64,000 bases of DNA from assembly GCA_010093705.1 (NCBI GenBank), contig MU006120.1, forward strand, positions 1 to 64,000. The letters run 5' to 3'. The translations under genes and the position numbers were made by a program. The DNA comes from Patellaria atrata CBS 101060 (Eukaryota). Under the pieces are notes generated by a model. It was not told where the DNA came from. It made no database searches and saw only the letters and a list, made by a program, of their open reading frames with translations. This document shows, piece after piece, positions 12,664 to 25,396 of this stretch (position 1 is its first letter; each line of letters begins with the position of its first letter).

Positions 12664-14300
12664 TCAAACCCGCGAGTGAGAAACCTGAAAGGCATCCCTC
12701 CTCTGAACATGCCTATACCACAGGACATACGCACCAAGCATCATGACAAGACTACCAAAGATGATACCAACAGGAATATAGATGGTTGGCATGCGTTTGT
12801 CGCGGGTAAATTCGAAGACATTCATGCCAAAGAACGCTAGAACAAGAGCTATCGGTAGGCAGAGTAGCGCCACAAAAGCAATAACCTGTGCGCTCTTTGC
12901 TACCCTGGACGCAAACACTATCTCTTCGAGGTTCGTAAGATTGACAATCTGGATGGAATTGGTTAGCTTACAAATAGGTTCAAGGGGGAGAGCATGGATA
13001 TCTTACACTGTTCGATAAAGTAGCAGTGTCTTGTTGAAGTTTTGTAACCGTTTTCAGGTGTCTCTCTAGTTTGTCAGTGACCTTCTGCCAGTCACCCTGG
13101 AGCTTAGTCATTCCCTCAGGTCTGGCGGTCAGCGAGCTAAAATAACGATGATCCTTGACATGGGACATGGCATCTATTGCAGCTCGAACTCTTCTTTCTA
13201 AGCCAATATATCGTGCACTCAACTGATATATTTCGGCCGCCAGTTTCAACTTCTTGGAATGGGGATCTCGTGAAATGATTTCGCACTCCGCAGCTTTCTG
13301 CGCCTACGAATAGAGGTTAGAATTGAAATACAGATTATAGGGATATCTAACCAGTTGCCAAAGGTAAGAGCTGTTTTCTTGTAAATATTCTGCGTAGTCC
13401 TCTTCAATGATTCCAAAAATCTTTAGTAGGAGCTGCGTGATTCCGTGCATTCCGTTTTTCTCTTGTATTGCGTCCAGATTGTTACAAATATGGTCCTTCA
13501 CTCTTCCGTTTGATGATGTGAGTAAGTTCCCGGTGATGTTGGTCCCCGTCTCATTGACGATAAGCGACAAGATAATCTGAGATTCGTGCCAGATCCAGAT
13601 TCGAGCCTTAGACTCCATTAAGTCAGTTGCGGATGCCGTAACTTTGGCCTTTTCGGTATTGCGATCTCTAGAACCGAAGTCCTCCGACGTAAATTTATCG
13701 TGCTCGCTTCGGTCGACTTGACGTTTCTTCGGTTGCAAGTCTAAGTCGCTTCGGTTGAAGGTGTATTTCGGAGCCTTGTTAAAGTTGATGGAGAGATCAA
13801 CCTCATCTTCAGAACCTTCGTATTCTTCCATGAACCTAAGGCCCAAGAAGAACTCTATTTGCAATCAAGTTAAGTCGAGAATTCCCGTCCGTTGATTAAG
13901 CAGATTAGATAAACCAACCTTTATCTCGCCTACATTCAAGACCTTTGTCCAATGCAAGACTGATTAGTGCAGGCTTCTCTCCCTAGAAAGCTCATCAGAT
14001 TTGTAAACCTATGGAAATTGGAATGCCGCACCCTCTCCGCCACAAATTCGGTAAACTCATTCTTTTTCCATTCGGAGGGTCGTCCAAGTAGATTTGGGCT
14101 CCGTTCTGAAGAGGAGATAGGATATGACCAGAACCTACGCGGAGATATCGTTTCCATTTTTGGTTTTAGTTCAATAGTTCAGGGGGGATTATATAGTTCT
14201 ATGCTCCTCAATTGTAATATAGAAGAAAAGGACTTGTTTAGTATAGACTCAGTTTCCAAGGAAAAGAATGGGCGAAGGTACTGATCTTATAGTTCTGTAA
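12664..14300 (-). CDS. Protein with a C-terminal CorA-like two-TM module; 5' part uncertain or degraded
   Basis: Last exon CLPIALVLAFFGMNV (GMN motif) plus a second TM; ORFs 13304..13864, 12980..13249 and 12664..12918 splice in frame; in-frame stops lie upstream of 14157. Confidence 0.6.
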
Positions 14301-14776
14301 GAATTTTGAGCAGTTGTTACTCCTTGGGTTTTCATACCAGCTCAATCCAAGAGCACTGCCCCACGGCCGTGGCCAAGTAGAATTCCGGTGAAGAACTCTG
14401 CGAAGAACATACCAGAGAGCCTTACGGGAAGCCCCGCACAGCCCCCGATCAATCCAGAATTGGACATTCCGGTCAAAACGTATCATTCTCTCATAAGCGT
14501 ATTATTTACTTGGTCACAATTCACCAGGCAAATCTGTATCTGAAGATCTCGTTGTATCTTTGTTCTATCGTGGTAATAATTTTGCCACCTATTTTTTTTT
14601 TCCCTATCTTCTCTCGATCAGTCCTTAATTTTTCTCTGCCTCAGTCTTTCACATTTTTTAAAAGAAAATCTGTTTCAATTTGTGTTCTCCCTTACTGCGT
14701 GCTGAATTTTCGATTTTTCACTCTCGTATCTTCAACAAAGCTCAACGCTTCTGAAATCTTTGTATCGTGGCAACTA

Positions 14777-16567
14777 CTACTCGGTATTCTGGGGTTTGTT
14801 TCTTATCATAACCCTCAACCCTTTACTTCCAACGGCAGGATACGGCAAAACTAAATCCACCACAGCGTCGATATCACGTTCTCTAATGGTGTCATATAGT
14901 TCTAGTGTAGGGGTACTCTGCTTACCCGTCCCGTCATACCTGTCGTAGCGGCGGAAGATTCCCTCGAGGATGAGGTACAGTTCGAAGTATGCGATGTAGA
15001 GGCTAAAGAAATTTCAGTAAACGTAGAAGCGGATACTGAAGAAGATAGACAACTATTATGACAAAGCAGTACCCAAACTTACCCTAAGCAAATCCTAGTG
15101 CCCCTGAAAAAACTTAGAAGGTACTTGTCGAGGCGGGGATTATCAAGCCAACGTTCGAGCTCAAACTTCCTAGGGGAAGGGAAGATGTCGGGATTGTTCT
15201 GGATGGTGAATGCGGTCATGCTCACGGGTGTTCCTGGCTTGATAACCCACTCACGGTTCTCTTTTTCGTTGGTGTATATCATCTCTTGATTAGGTGCAAC
15301 GCGGGTCATACGTACGAGAGTAGCTGGATGCAGACGAATGCCTTCTTGAACGACAGCATGGAGATAAGGGAGTCTTTCGCATACTGCAGACGTGATATTA
15401 TCCGGATCGGGAAAGACGGACGCAAGTTCAGCTTTCAGCTTCGCGAGCTTATCTGGACACGCCAGAAGCTCGAACGTGATGGCGACTACGGTTTGAGCTG
15501 CGGGAATCAAAAGGTGAACCAATTCAAGATGACCAGACATTACCTTACCTGTTGTGTCTTGTCCCGCGAGAACAAGCTGTTGTGCTTCCTGACGTAGACG
15601 TCTGGCCGACTTCTCAGATGGCGGTAGCTTACCATTGAGTATACCATGAAAAACAGTCGAATTATTCGATTTTAGGTCTTCTGATAACCTTATATCTCGA
15701 ATTTGTTTTGTCCATTGCTTGGAGTCTGTTAGTTTATCTGTTCTTGTCTGTTGAGCATCTACTTACTACCTGCATGTCTCATAGGGACTTAAGACCAGGG
15801 TACACAATCCACATTACTGAGGGAGGAATACAACCTAACACTGCACCCAGCCACGAAATATATGTTAGATGCGGCCATGACATCCCAAACATGGCATTAA
15901 TAGAGCTGAAAAAATCTTCGTTATAATCTTCCCGCGTTAAATATTCCGCGGACTTTCCGAACAAGTAACCAGTGATTATATCGCATGTTGTCGCTCTAAG
16001 GACTAGGCTCATAGGCATCACATCCTCATTAGCCCCGCAGTCACTCATCCGTCCAAGGAGATTGTCTACGGCACGCTGAATTGAAGGTTCCAGGCGGCGT
16101 ATCTTTTCCTTCGAGAAAAAGGGGCTAAGTGATGCACGTCGCTTCCGATGCAAATCATGATGAACAGTTCCACCAGTTGAGTCTGGTAAGAGAATCGATC
16201 GCCCGAGCCACTTGTATTTGTCTCGTTTCTTCGAAGCGCCCGTGAAAAGAATGTCGATAAAGTTGGGATCTGAAATGTGCAACTCATGGGGATTGACACG
16301 AATGATGGGGCCGTATTGCTCGTGCAGTTGACCGAGTTTCTTAAACCACTGTCCATGGTAGTACAAATCGTAATACGCTTGATACCATGTTGTGAGAGCG
16401 GCGAGCTTGGGGCCAGGGTAGTGGGATAAAGCATCGAAATAGACACGATATATTCCGAGACCAAAGAGGTAGAGAGCATATATGGTTACAACCGCAGCAA
16501 ATATAACTTTGTACGAGATTGGTTGGACTGAGAGAATACCAGCTGATGAATTAGTTATGGTAGCCAT
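14777..16567 (-). pseudogene. Cytochrome P450 (4 exons) with a single premature TGA at 15781-15779
   Basis: N-terminal TM, PGPKLAA, I-helix AGQDTT, ExxR (EGIR), heme motif FFRGTRICLG; exon 1 reads GLKSL*DMQV before the gtaagt donor; downstream exons stay in frame. Confidence 0.8.
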
Positions 16568-18079
16568 AATGATATGGCCGTGAGGGAGTTGGAAGATTGT
16601 GTTGCGGGTGAGTTGAATTATAAGGGGAGGAGTAAGAATCAGAATGAAAGCATTCTGCCCAACCCGGAAGATTCCAGGCTCATTCGACTTTTATCAGAAA
16701 TCCACCGCAAGACAGTATTTGGACCAAAATAGGAGATTTTTCGGTCAGTGAGTATTGGCTCACATACTGTGTGTGGGGAGGCGTACATAGAACGCTGTAT
16801 GTGCATCAAGCAGTCTGTTCTCAATTTGAGATATTTCGCACCTCCGTGCAGATCCACGTATATCTGTCATACTGTACTAGATATATGCATAATCCGTACC
16901 AATCGACAGTGTTAAGATAAAGGTAAGATCCGTGTGATACTCTTACCCAGCTCTCAATTGCTGCTTGAGCAACTTGATGTTATTCTGTCCTTACTCCAAG
17001 ACCGTCGGAAAAGGCTCGGAGTCAAATTGTTGATGTATTTATGGTAACTAGACGTCACCCCGTGATATAGTAGCCATGTATCCAAACAAATACGTATGCA
17101 TTTTTTGGTCCTTTGCTTTTCGCTATATTGTTAATCGCGTTTCAGGACCAAATTAGTTTCGTTTCCGACCGATAATCGAAGACAATTATGAACTGAATCG
17201 GGTACATAGTGCTTGCGAATCAAGAAGAGAGCAGAGCAATCCCCCCGTCACAACATGATATCCGAAATTTCAAGCAAGAAGATGTGATTGCTGATGGACG
17301 TCCACAATTCCTGCGGGTTCGCATAGGTTTTGGTCTGCAGACCTTCGCAACGCAGAAACTACACATCACTCCCTGAATTTTGGCTTACAAATCCTTGGAG
17401 ATGATAACTCTTCAGTCTATTTCACTGGCAGCGACAGTTAGGGGCGTAGGCATCGATTATTACCCTGGCGCCAACCTGGTCCGTACTTTTGAGTAGGGTT
17501 GTGGCGAAGAGATTTAGGATCACTCCTCTAAATTCATGGAAGTAGACATGCTCTGTTTGCGTATCAGGATTACTCAGGCTTTTGAACCAACTTGATGGGA
17601 CAGGAGGGCCCGCAAACGGATCGCGATGAAGCATCTCATCAACACCCTGATGTTTTTTGTGCACTTCTGCTGCCGGCAGCTTAAAGTGGTTTGTCATGAA
17701 TGTCGTGTGACTAGGAGAAAAATAACATGATTTGATCCAGCCCGCGTTGCTTGAGAGCGTCTATCGTTCACGGGACTGCTTTTCGCAAACTTGACAATAT
17801 CAGCCGAGTCCTTGTAGAACTAATTGTTTCAATCTTCGGGTAGACTGTAGAGACCTTGAATCATCTTAGCGTGTAATTCCCGAGAGGTAGAAATATGCTG
17901 CCAGGCATGGACGACAAACCACGCCTGTACAGCTAAACTGAGCACAATTGAGGAAAGCCTTTGAGTGGGAGCTATCAGTACCTCAAATAGATCTTATCTT
18001 ATAGCAAGGGAGAATCCTTTGAAGTCTCGGTGACTATTCACACTTCTATGTTCTCCTCAAAACCACTCCGTACTTCGTA

Positions 18080-19057
18080 CTAAAAAATAGCCACTGCATT
18101 TGGGGGACTAGCTATACCACCTCTCACATTAAGTGGCTCGGAGCAAACGAAAAATGACCACCGTCCCTCCTTTTTGCATTGGTCCGCCAGGCTATCCAAA
18201 TCAAAGAGTTCCCCAATCGGCATACCAAATCCCGCCAGCAATGTTCTGTGCAACTCGTGCTCCGTGGGAGGCCACGCCTCGAATCCTGGACAATCCCCCG
18301 CGACTGCTGCGATGCGCTCGTCCCATAACCACTCAGCCACCGCCAATGTCGACTCGATCCCGGGGTATTGGAATGGGGATTGTGATAGAACAGCTTTCTT
18401 CCTCTCTATATCGGCCGCAGCAAAACCTCCCGTGAACCCCATCCGCAGAAACAAAATATCTCCTGAGCGTATGGTTACATTTTTTTGCTTGAGGATCTCC
18501 TTGATGGTCTTCAAGGGCACAGCATGGTGACTTAACGGATCATAATCGAGCCCATTACTCTTCTGCTCCTCGACCCAACCTAGAAAATCCACCAAAACAC
18601 CCCGCCCAACAATGCCACCTTGCCAGGCTTGAATTCCCAACTTGGTGCTACCGCTCTTCAGAATATCTTTATCAGTCAAGCCACCATAAAACCTTCCATC
18701 GTCATAACCCCAATGCCGAAGCCCATCCCATTGCGAGCTGTTCTGCGTGTTGATATCAACCCGATCATCGAACATCATGTGACCGATCGAAAAGATTTCA
18801 TGTTTCAGAGTTTGCCGGAAGCTATCGATGTCCATGTTTTCGAGGCCCCAATTGAGGCCAATGCGGATGCCAGACTTAATCTCTCGGGCTGCGGCGACAG
18901 TGCGTTCCCTAGTTAACTGATTCAATGTGCCGAGTTCGTCCTTCGGGCCGTAAAGACCCCATGCCGAATACGCCGGGTCGGAAGGATTCAAGGGGAGCTC
19001 AGAAAATTTCGGGTAGGGTCTGATGGGAGCAGTAGGTTGGGGATGAAGAGACGACAT
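18080..19057 (-). CDS. Cyclase / kynurenine formamidase-like metal-dependent hydrolase
   Basis: Motifs AWGLYG..DELGTLN, NTQNSSQWDGLRH, GIVGRGVLVD, GMPIGELFDL, GGIASPPNA. Confidence 0.88.
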   Translation of the reverse strand: MSSLHPQPTAPIRPYPKFSELPLNPSDPAYSAWGLYGPKDELGTLNQLTRERTVAAAREIKSGIRIGLNWGLENMDIDSFRQTLKHEIFSIGHMMFDDRVDINTQNSSQWDGLRHWGYDDGRFYGGLTDKDILKSGSTKLGIQAWQGGIVGRGVLVDFLGWVEEQKSNGLDYDPLSHHAVPLKTIKEILKQKNVTIRSGDILFLRMGFTGGFAAADIERKKAVLSQSPFQYPGIESTLAVAEWLWDERIAAVAGDCPGFEAWPPTEHELHRTLLAGFGMPIGELFDLDSLADQCKKEGRWSFFVCSEPLNVRGGIASPPNAVAIF

Positions 19058-19566
19058 TGCGCATCGTATGTGTTTCAGACCGGTCTATATTTCCAATGTA
19101 TCATTCTCCACGTGTAATATATATACATAGTAGAAGGTGTACCTTTTGAGTTGACACTAGCTTACCTAAATTAAGGTCCGGAATTGTTGCGGGGCATAGC
19201 TTGGTTACGGTTATTCATTTCCGTCACAGACAAGATCACTTGTACGTACTAATACTGAAAGAATCGGTGACGGGAAAGCACAAGGGATGGGACGGATCAT
19301 CTCTTGTCACACCAGGTGTAATGACCTTGAACGAACAGATCATGTTTGGGTTTAAGATTTCCAGCTTGATTAATGAACAATGACAGTCCGGATATTCCTA
19401 GGTAAGCCGATTATAATATTGGATAATACATGAAATATGATATAAGTTCGGAGAGTATTAGAAAATAAGAACGACTTGCAATTGACGAACGGATGAATCT
19501 CACTAACGAAAGTTCACCAAAAGTCCATGGACAGAAAGCTGCGGGCCAAGCAGCCATCAATATTGC

Positions 19567-20480
19567 TCATGTCGACTCCTTCGGTTCCAAATGCCAAGTC
19601 ATGATCTTCTGAAAGATTCCTTTCCCTCCGGATTCAATAACATCTCCGTGACACGGTATAACCCTATCAAAATCCCAGGTATTAATCTTCTTCATACTTC
19701 TTCCGAAACCTTCACGGTCACTCCGGCTGATTGCATACCAGATGAGTCTCTGTTGTCCCAGTGCTCTTCCTCTTGTATTAGTCACGTGTATCCAAAGCTT
19801 CGTGAGAAGACCTGCTTCAGGGGAAGTGCCTGATTTGCTGAATTGTTCATTGGCGGGGAGGTTGAAAATCAGGTCAGCCTGAATGAGTGTTCGGTCTGGT
19901 TTATAGTTGAAGACGATTTCTTTATTTTGGTGCGCTTGAACGTATTCAAAGTCAAATACGGCGTCGAATTCGGGGTCTACACCTTTGGTGTTCTTGTCAA
20001 TGATTATACTGAACGGAATCGCCATGTTCTGTTTAGCACGCTTCTCGGGTAGACCCTCAGGGCCGATGAGTTTCGCCTGGGGAAATGCGTCGTGCCAGTC
20101 GCCGAGGGACATGTGGTGCTAGGAGGTAAATTAGTGCAGAATTAGACGTAGCACGCAGGGAGACCTACCTCAATATCTGATGCTGTAATGTACTTGACCT
20201 CACCGAGAGCTTTAGCTGCCTCTTTAACGGCAGGAGTTAAACTGATGGGGGAAAATACGGCAACGCCGCCAGAAGGAAGACGGACTATTTGAAGGGTATT
20301 GTTAGTACGGCATCTTGAATGGGGATACTGAGGGCATTTAGGGTAGGTACCAAGTGTTCCACGCCCGCCAACTTTGAGAAGACCGTTTCTGAAGAAAGGA
20401 GCCGAGAAGATGGTGATGTTAGGAGTTACCTGGCGAATAACGGTCATCTCCGCAACATTGTCGGGCATAGACTTTGGCAT
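19567..20480 (-). CDS. DUF4336-family protein (metallo-beta-lactamase-like fold), 3 exons
   Basis: VGGRGTLVRL...VFSP...VKYI...DIEHH; EIVFNYKPDRTLIQADLIFNLP; WDFDRVIPCHGD. Confidence 0.8.
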
Positions 20481-21507
20481 TGTCTAGGGGGAGTATGTAG
20501 TAGTTGCCTCCAGCTTAAGCAATAATTTCAATGATCACAATGAGGAATTGGGCGAGTTCTTCGGACTGAGACGCGTTGGACGAGTTGAAGGACAACCTAT
20601 TAAACAGAGGATTGAGATCAATCTCTGGGTACTGGCAGAGGAGATGGAATCGATGATGAAAGAGCCAAGGATGCGCGGAAAGTAATTGAGGTGATGCCTT
20701 CATCTAAGAGGGGTCTGCTGGCTTTTATCTCTTCCATGATGTTAATAGGATTTATGATCATTTTTGCTTGTGTCGATTTGAGGGAATATCTGATGATTTG
20801 GAAGAGGCACAAAGATACGGAGGCGTGAAGGAGAAATCCAAATCTCCAGTTCAACGCCGCGGCATCCCGTCGTCGGCGATGTGAAAAGAAACAATCGGAT
20901 ATGTACTTTCACGAATCACAAAAGCCAATTGCTGCAACAATTTTGCTTACTTGCATTTGACGACTTCAGGAGGCGTTTTCCATCAAGACACACTACGGCT
21001 TTGTCATCCCTATCTCACTTCGTAATCCACATATGAGCCAATTTCGCTTCATTTATTTGATATATGGACTGCCTCTAATCCTGCAAACACAAACACGCAC
21101 GTTGGTAATCCCAATCATACGCCCGTTATACGAGGTTCATGATACGCAGACATGCATCACTTTTCTCCCTTTTCTCCCCAAATGTTATCCCTCGACCGGG
21201 CTCAGGAGCTGCGTTACTAATACTAACATGGATGCATTCCACGAGCGATATATTACTACTCATTTCATAAACATAACCACCGTATGGTTCTGATATACCA
21301 TTCTTCGACCTGTCTATTGCCGCAACATGTCTTGTTTATGTTATCGGGTGTATTGCGCACACCATCGGTCCAGGCTCGTACGGTCCAGTACAGGTAAGGT
21401 TGAATGTCATTTTCTAGCTTCATTTCTCCAGACTATAGCAAAGTATAGAGCCGCTTCCTTGGGCTGTTTTGGTATGAATTTGTGGTCTTGGATCGTGTAG
21501 ATGGCTG

Positions 21508-22505
21508 TCATCTTTCATTTTCAGCACTGAGTTCGGCCATCAAGCCTCCAACATCCCTCTTCCTCATATCCTCCTCCAATTGCCGCTGTATAAACTTGGT
21601 GATCGTCTGGACTTTCTTCAAGGCGACATTCGTGCAATTCAGCAATACTAGCGCATCAACTGGCGTGCCTCCAAACTTGCTGATCTGGCAGACTTCCCCA
21701 TGCATGTTCATCGCGATTATCACTTCACCTTCGCGTGTTTGCTCTTCAAGTCGATTTGCATCTACGAGTACTATCTCTCCCGAGTCATAGTATGAGAAGG
21801 TGATGCAAAGAGGGTGGTGGAGCATTGAAAGGGGCACCGGCTCGCGTTCCCGTAGGCTGTATATGGTAACATTCTCACCTTCTACGGATACGTCAGGTCG
21901 CCTGAAGTGCTGTAACGCCGTCATCACGGCTATACAAGAAGCGTCGACTAGACCACCATCATGATCGATAATATGTACATCCGCCCGTATGAAGAAGCAC
22001 TTCAGTCCTGCGATGATGCAGAGTGACTCAGTGTCTATAGCGGAGCTACGACGTATGGCTTTCTCGAGAATGCGGGATAGTATAATCTCGTCGCTGGTCT
22101 GACTGAAGGTTCAATTAGGTCACCGATAGGTTTTAAAATTGATGTTACACCTCCTCACATACCGTCCAACTTCAAATGCGGGAGAGGCCATGGGGGAGAA
22201 CTCGGTGGTGATTGTGAAGATGCCATCGAACTTGCGATCTGGGTATGGTGCTACCACTTCAGCGGAAATACGAGCTATAACCCTTCACATATGATTAGCA
22301 CACAATCTTCTGGAGATATTGGATGTAGTCTGAAAAGTTACCTTGTTTTCCCTAGGCGCACGTCTACCACCCCGCGTTCATCACCAAATTGTAGCCGGAG
22401 CTCACGGAATGCATCAAGCGCTCTCCCGTCAATTCGAGTCTGTTCTCTTAGAGCTTGATGGATAAATTCGCGCTCGTTGAGCGATGGTTCAGCTTCACGA
22501 GGCAT
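21508..22505 (-). CDS. RRP45: Exosome complex component Rrp45 (RNase PH fold), 3 exons
   Basis: MPREAEPSLNEREFI...RIDGR; IDTESLCIIAG; DHDGGLVDASCIAVMTALQHFRRPDV; REPVPLS. Confidence 0.93.
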
Positions 22506-22711
22506 TTGAGTCCCTCAGAGCAGGAAGCCTGGGTCAATTGAGTACAGCCCGGTAGCAGAGATGGAAATTTGTCTGATCGGAAAAACTCCGGCCATAGTTT
22601 GGAAAGTTATGCGCATCTCATCAAGAGCGCATTTTCATCGCCGCATCAATATTACTGAAACTGACGGGACTCTCTTGAAGATTTCGACCTTCTAATCGTA
22701 TCATTACTGCA

Positions 22712-23732
22712 ATGACGACCGCTCATAGACCTACATTTGATCCAGTATGTTTTTACATTACTTGCATGACACGATAATGATTGACCTCCCTGTAGGCACG
22801 CGGCAAAGAAGCCCAGCGGGGTCCGGCCTACCATCAACGACTCCTTCCGGCCCACACGACTCTCAAATTACGGTAATTACGCCCTCGAAAAGGGAATGAA
22901 TTGTATTAATCAGAGGTAGACAACCAGGTCAAGGCGGTGCTGCGGATACCGAAGTTCGAGATCTACGCGCGGAGCTCCTGAAGGCGGAGGCCGCTCATTT
23001 CGCAAAAAAGAGTGGAAATGTACCATCGAAAATAACTGATCCATCGACCGCCATAGTATTAACAAAACGACAAATCGAACCCAGCACAGTCGTCGATGAG
23101 GTCGAAGACCCAGGAGCTAAACGGAGGCGACTAATTTTAGAAGAGGCTGCGGAGGTCGATGCGGACTCAGATGGATCGAGCAGTGAGAGTAGTGAAGACG
23201 AGTATGTTTCATATATGAAAAGGTGAGTGTGGTCAAGGCTAATGGTTTCCGTAGCGACGATGACGAAGAAGATGAGACGGCTGAGTTGATGCGAGAATTA
23301 GAGAAAATCAAGAAAGAGCGGGCGGAGCAAAAAGCTAAAGAGGTACGTCTCCTTTACAGTCTTCCATAACATGTATTGACCTCATTTCCCAGGAAGCTGA
23401 GCGAGCTGTGAAGGAACAGGAGCAGCGAGAGTATGACATAGCTCGTGGAAATCCTTTGCTGAACCCTAAGGACTTCAATATCAGGCGAAGGTATATCAGC
23501 CAAGAGCGTTCTTGTGCGCCACTCGTTGATAATTGTAGCTGATCAGTGGGTAGATGGGATGACGATGTGGTGTTCAAAAACCAAGCACGGGGCACAGAAG
23601 ACAAGAAATCGAAGGAATTCGTTAATGACCTTCTGAGATCTGATTTCCACAAACGTTTCATGGTATACCTCGCATAAGATTCTCTATTATGACGGGAACT
23701 AATAGCTACTGTAGAACAAATACGTGCGATAA
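22712..23732 (+). CDS. CWC15: Pre-mRNA splicing factor Cwc15/Cwf15, multi-exon
   Basis: Hand splicing gives [16 protein letters not shown]...[67 protein letters not shown]. Confidence 0.93.
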
Positions 23733-24671
23733 TCCTTCAGTTGGTTTACAATCCCTCTGTACTATTGGTTGGTGCTGTCAAGCATCCAGTATAGCACTAC
23801 AGCTTTATCAGGATTACGATTTACCACGGTTGAAGGAACATAGGCCAACTTGTCGGTTCGTGCGTAGGTTACGATTAGGGCCATGTCCTAGCCTTCTGGA
23901 TGCTTATCAGTGTTAAGATCAGTGCTTTACTCAGTCTCCCTTTAGTGGGAAAGCTTCAAGCACCCAATGCTCCATGTTACACCATTCTACTAGTAGTACA
24001 GTACTACTACGATACGGTACTCAGGACATTACGAGTAGATCAAGGGTGCTTAGACTATCTTTTTAGGAGTAAGCTACTAAGCTTATCAAACGAGTATCGA
24101 GCGGGGTGGAAAAGTCATTTTGCACTCATGGCTTATGGCTCTCTTAGGTTTGGCTGTTGTTAACTGATAGAACTGGTTGAACATCCAAGGTAGCCAAGAC
24201 CTGCCCAGGCTAGTTATGACCTCAACCCGCATTACCTTATCACCCGTAAAGACCTCACATCTGCTGATCAACACAATCTCAAGTCTTTCTTTGAACTTTT
24301 GAATTTTGGAACCTATCAAAAACAGTTCCCGCAACAGGATTTCTCTTCTACCGGTATCGATCTCACTCTCCCCGTTACCACTACCTTACCCTTGAACTCC
24401 TATCTTCCGCCTATCATGAAGAGAGAGATACTGTTACCCCACGCCTCCCCTTCTGGCAATGATTTCTTTGCCCCTTAGCCTACTACTGGGTCGATCTTGA
24501 CCTCTGTTGCAGGTAATATGTGACGAAATTGGTATATTTGGTTGCTAGGAACTTTCTATAAAGGTCATCCATATCTATAGTCCTGGGAAGATTATCTAGC
24601 ATTTTGCAATTTCTACACTTAAATCTTGAAATACCTAGTACAAAGTTCCTGACAACCATACAATATTCATC

Positions 24672-25396
24672 ATGTCATCAAACGATCAAGAGGTAACCCA
24701 CCATCCCTTACAAAATCTACTATCCCAACGTTATCTTCCCTTATTTCCGTCCTCTTCAGGAACATACGTTGTCTTCAGCACTGTCTCCACCTCCTCTGAC
24801 CCCCACAACGTCCATTTAGCCCACTAATAGTGATCCCAGTTTGACCGCAGCGAGCGCTACGGCCAAGGTACAGGTTTTGGCAACAGGACCTCGTCTGAAG
24901 GGGACTTCAGTGAAGAGCATGCCAACACTCGCTTCGGAAGCGCCACAAATAAAGACTCTTATTCCGGTGCCACCGAATACGGCAGCGGTACTACCGCCGG
25001 CGTCGGATACGGTAACAAGAAAGTCCCTGATTCTGACGAGGTCGACAACTCGGATACCCGGTTTGGAAGTCACACCAATACGGATCCCTATAGTGATAGT
25101 ACGGGCTACGGCAGTGGGACCACGGGGGGCGCGGGATTCGGAAACAAGACGGGAAGCTTTAGTCGGGATGAATCGAGCCAGGGGGGAAAGAATGGTAAGG
25201 TTTCATAGCCGAATATGCAGGGGAAAACAATAAGAGAGGGATACACTAACATCTCTTTTATATAGACTCTACAATGGGAAAGGTTATGGAGAAAGTTGGT
25301 TCCATGATGCATAAGGACAATATTAAAGACAAGGGTCATGAGAAACGAGAGAAGGCGGGAGCTTTCCATGATGATGATACGTCGGGACTTAGATGA
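24672..25396 (+). CDS. Small Gly-rich hydrophilin/LEA-like protein with an internal duplication
   Basis: Frame absent from the ORF track: two copies of TRFGSxTNxDxYSxxTxYGSGTTxGxG(Y/F)GNK, intron, then DSTMGKVMEKVGSMMHKDNIKDKGHEKREKAG; 5' exons uncertain. Confidence 0.75.

Noticed and set aside
17422..17697. 91-aa ORF as a gene or gene relic
   Set aside because: No recognisable motif and no convincing splice model
14777..20480. P450 + cyclase + DUF4336 as a secondary-metabolite cluster
   Set aside because: No backbone enzyme or transporter; adjacency alone is insufficient
24816..25233. ORFs 24841..25233 (+) and 24816..25073 (-)
   Set aside because: Alternative frames of the hydrophilin exon
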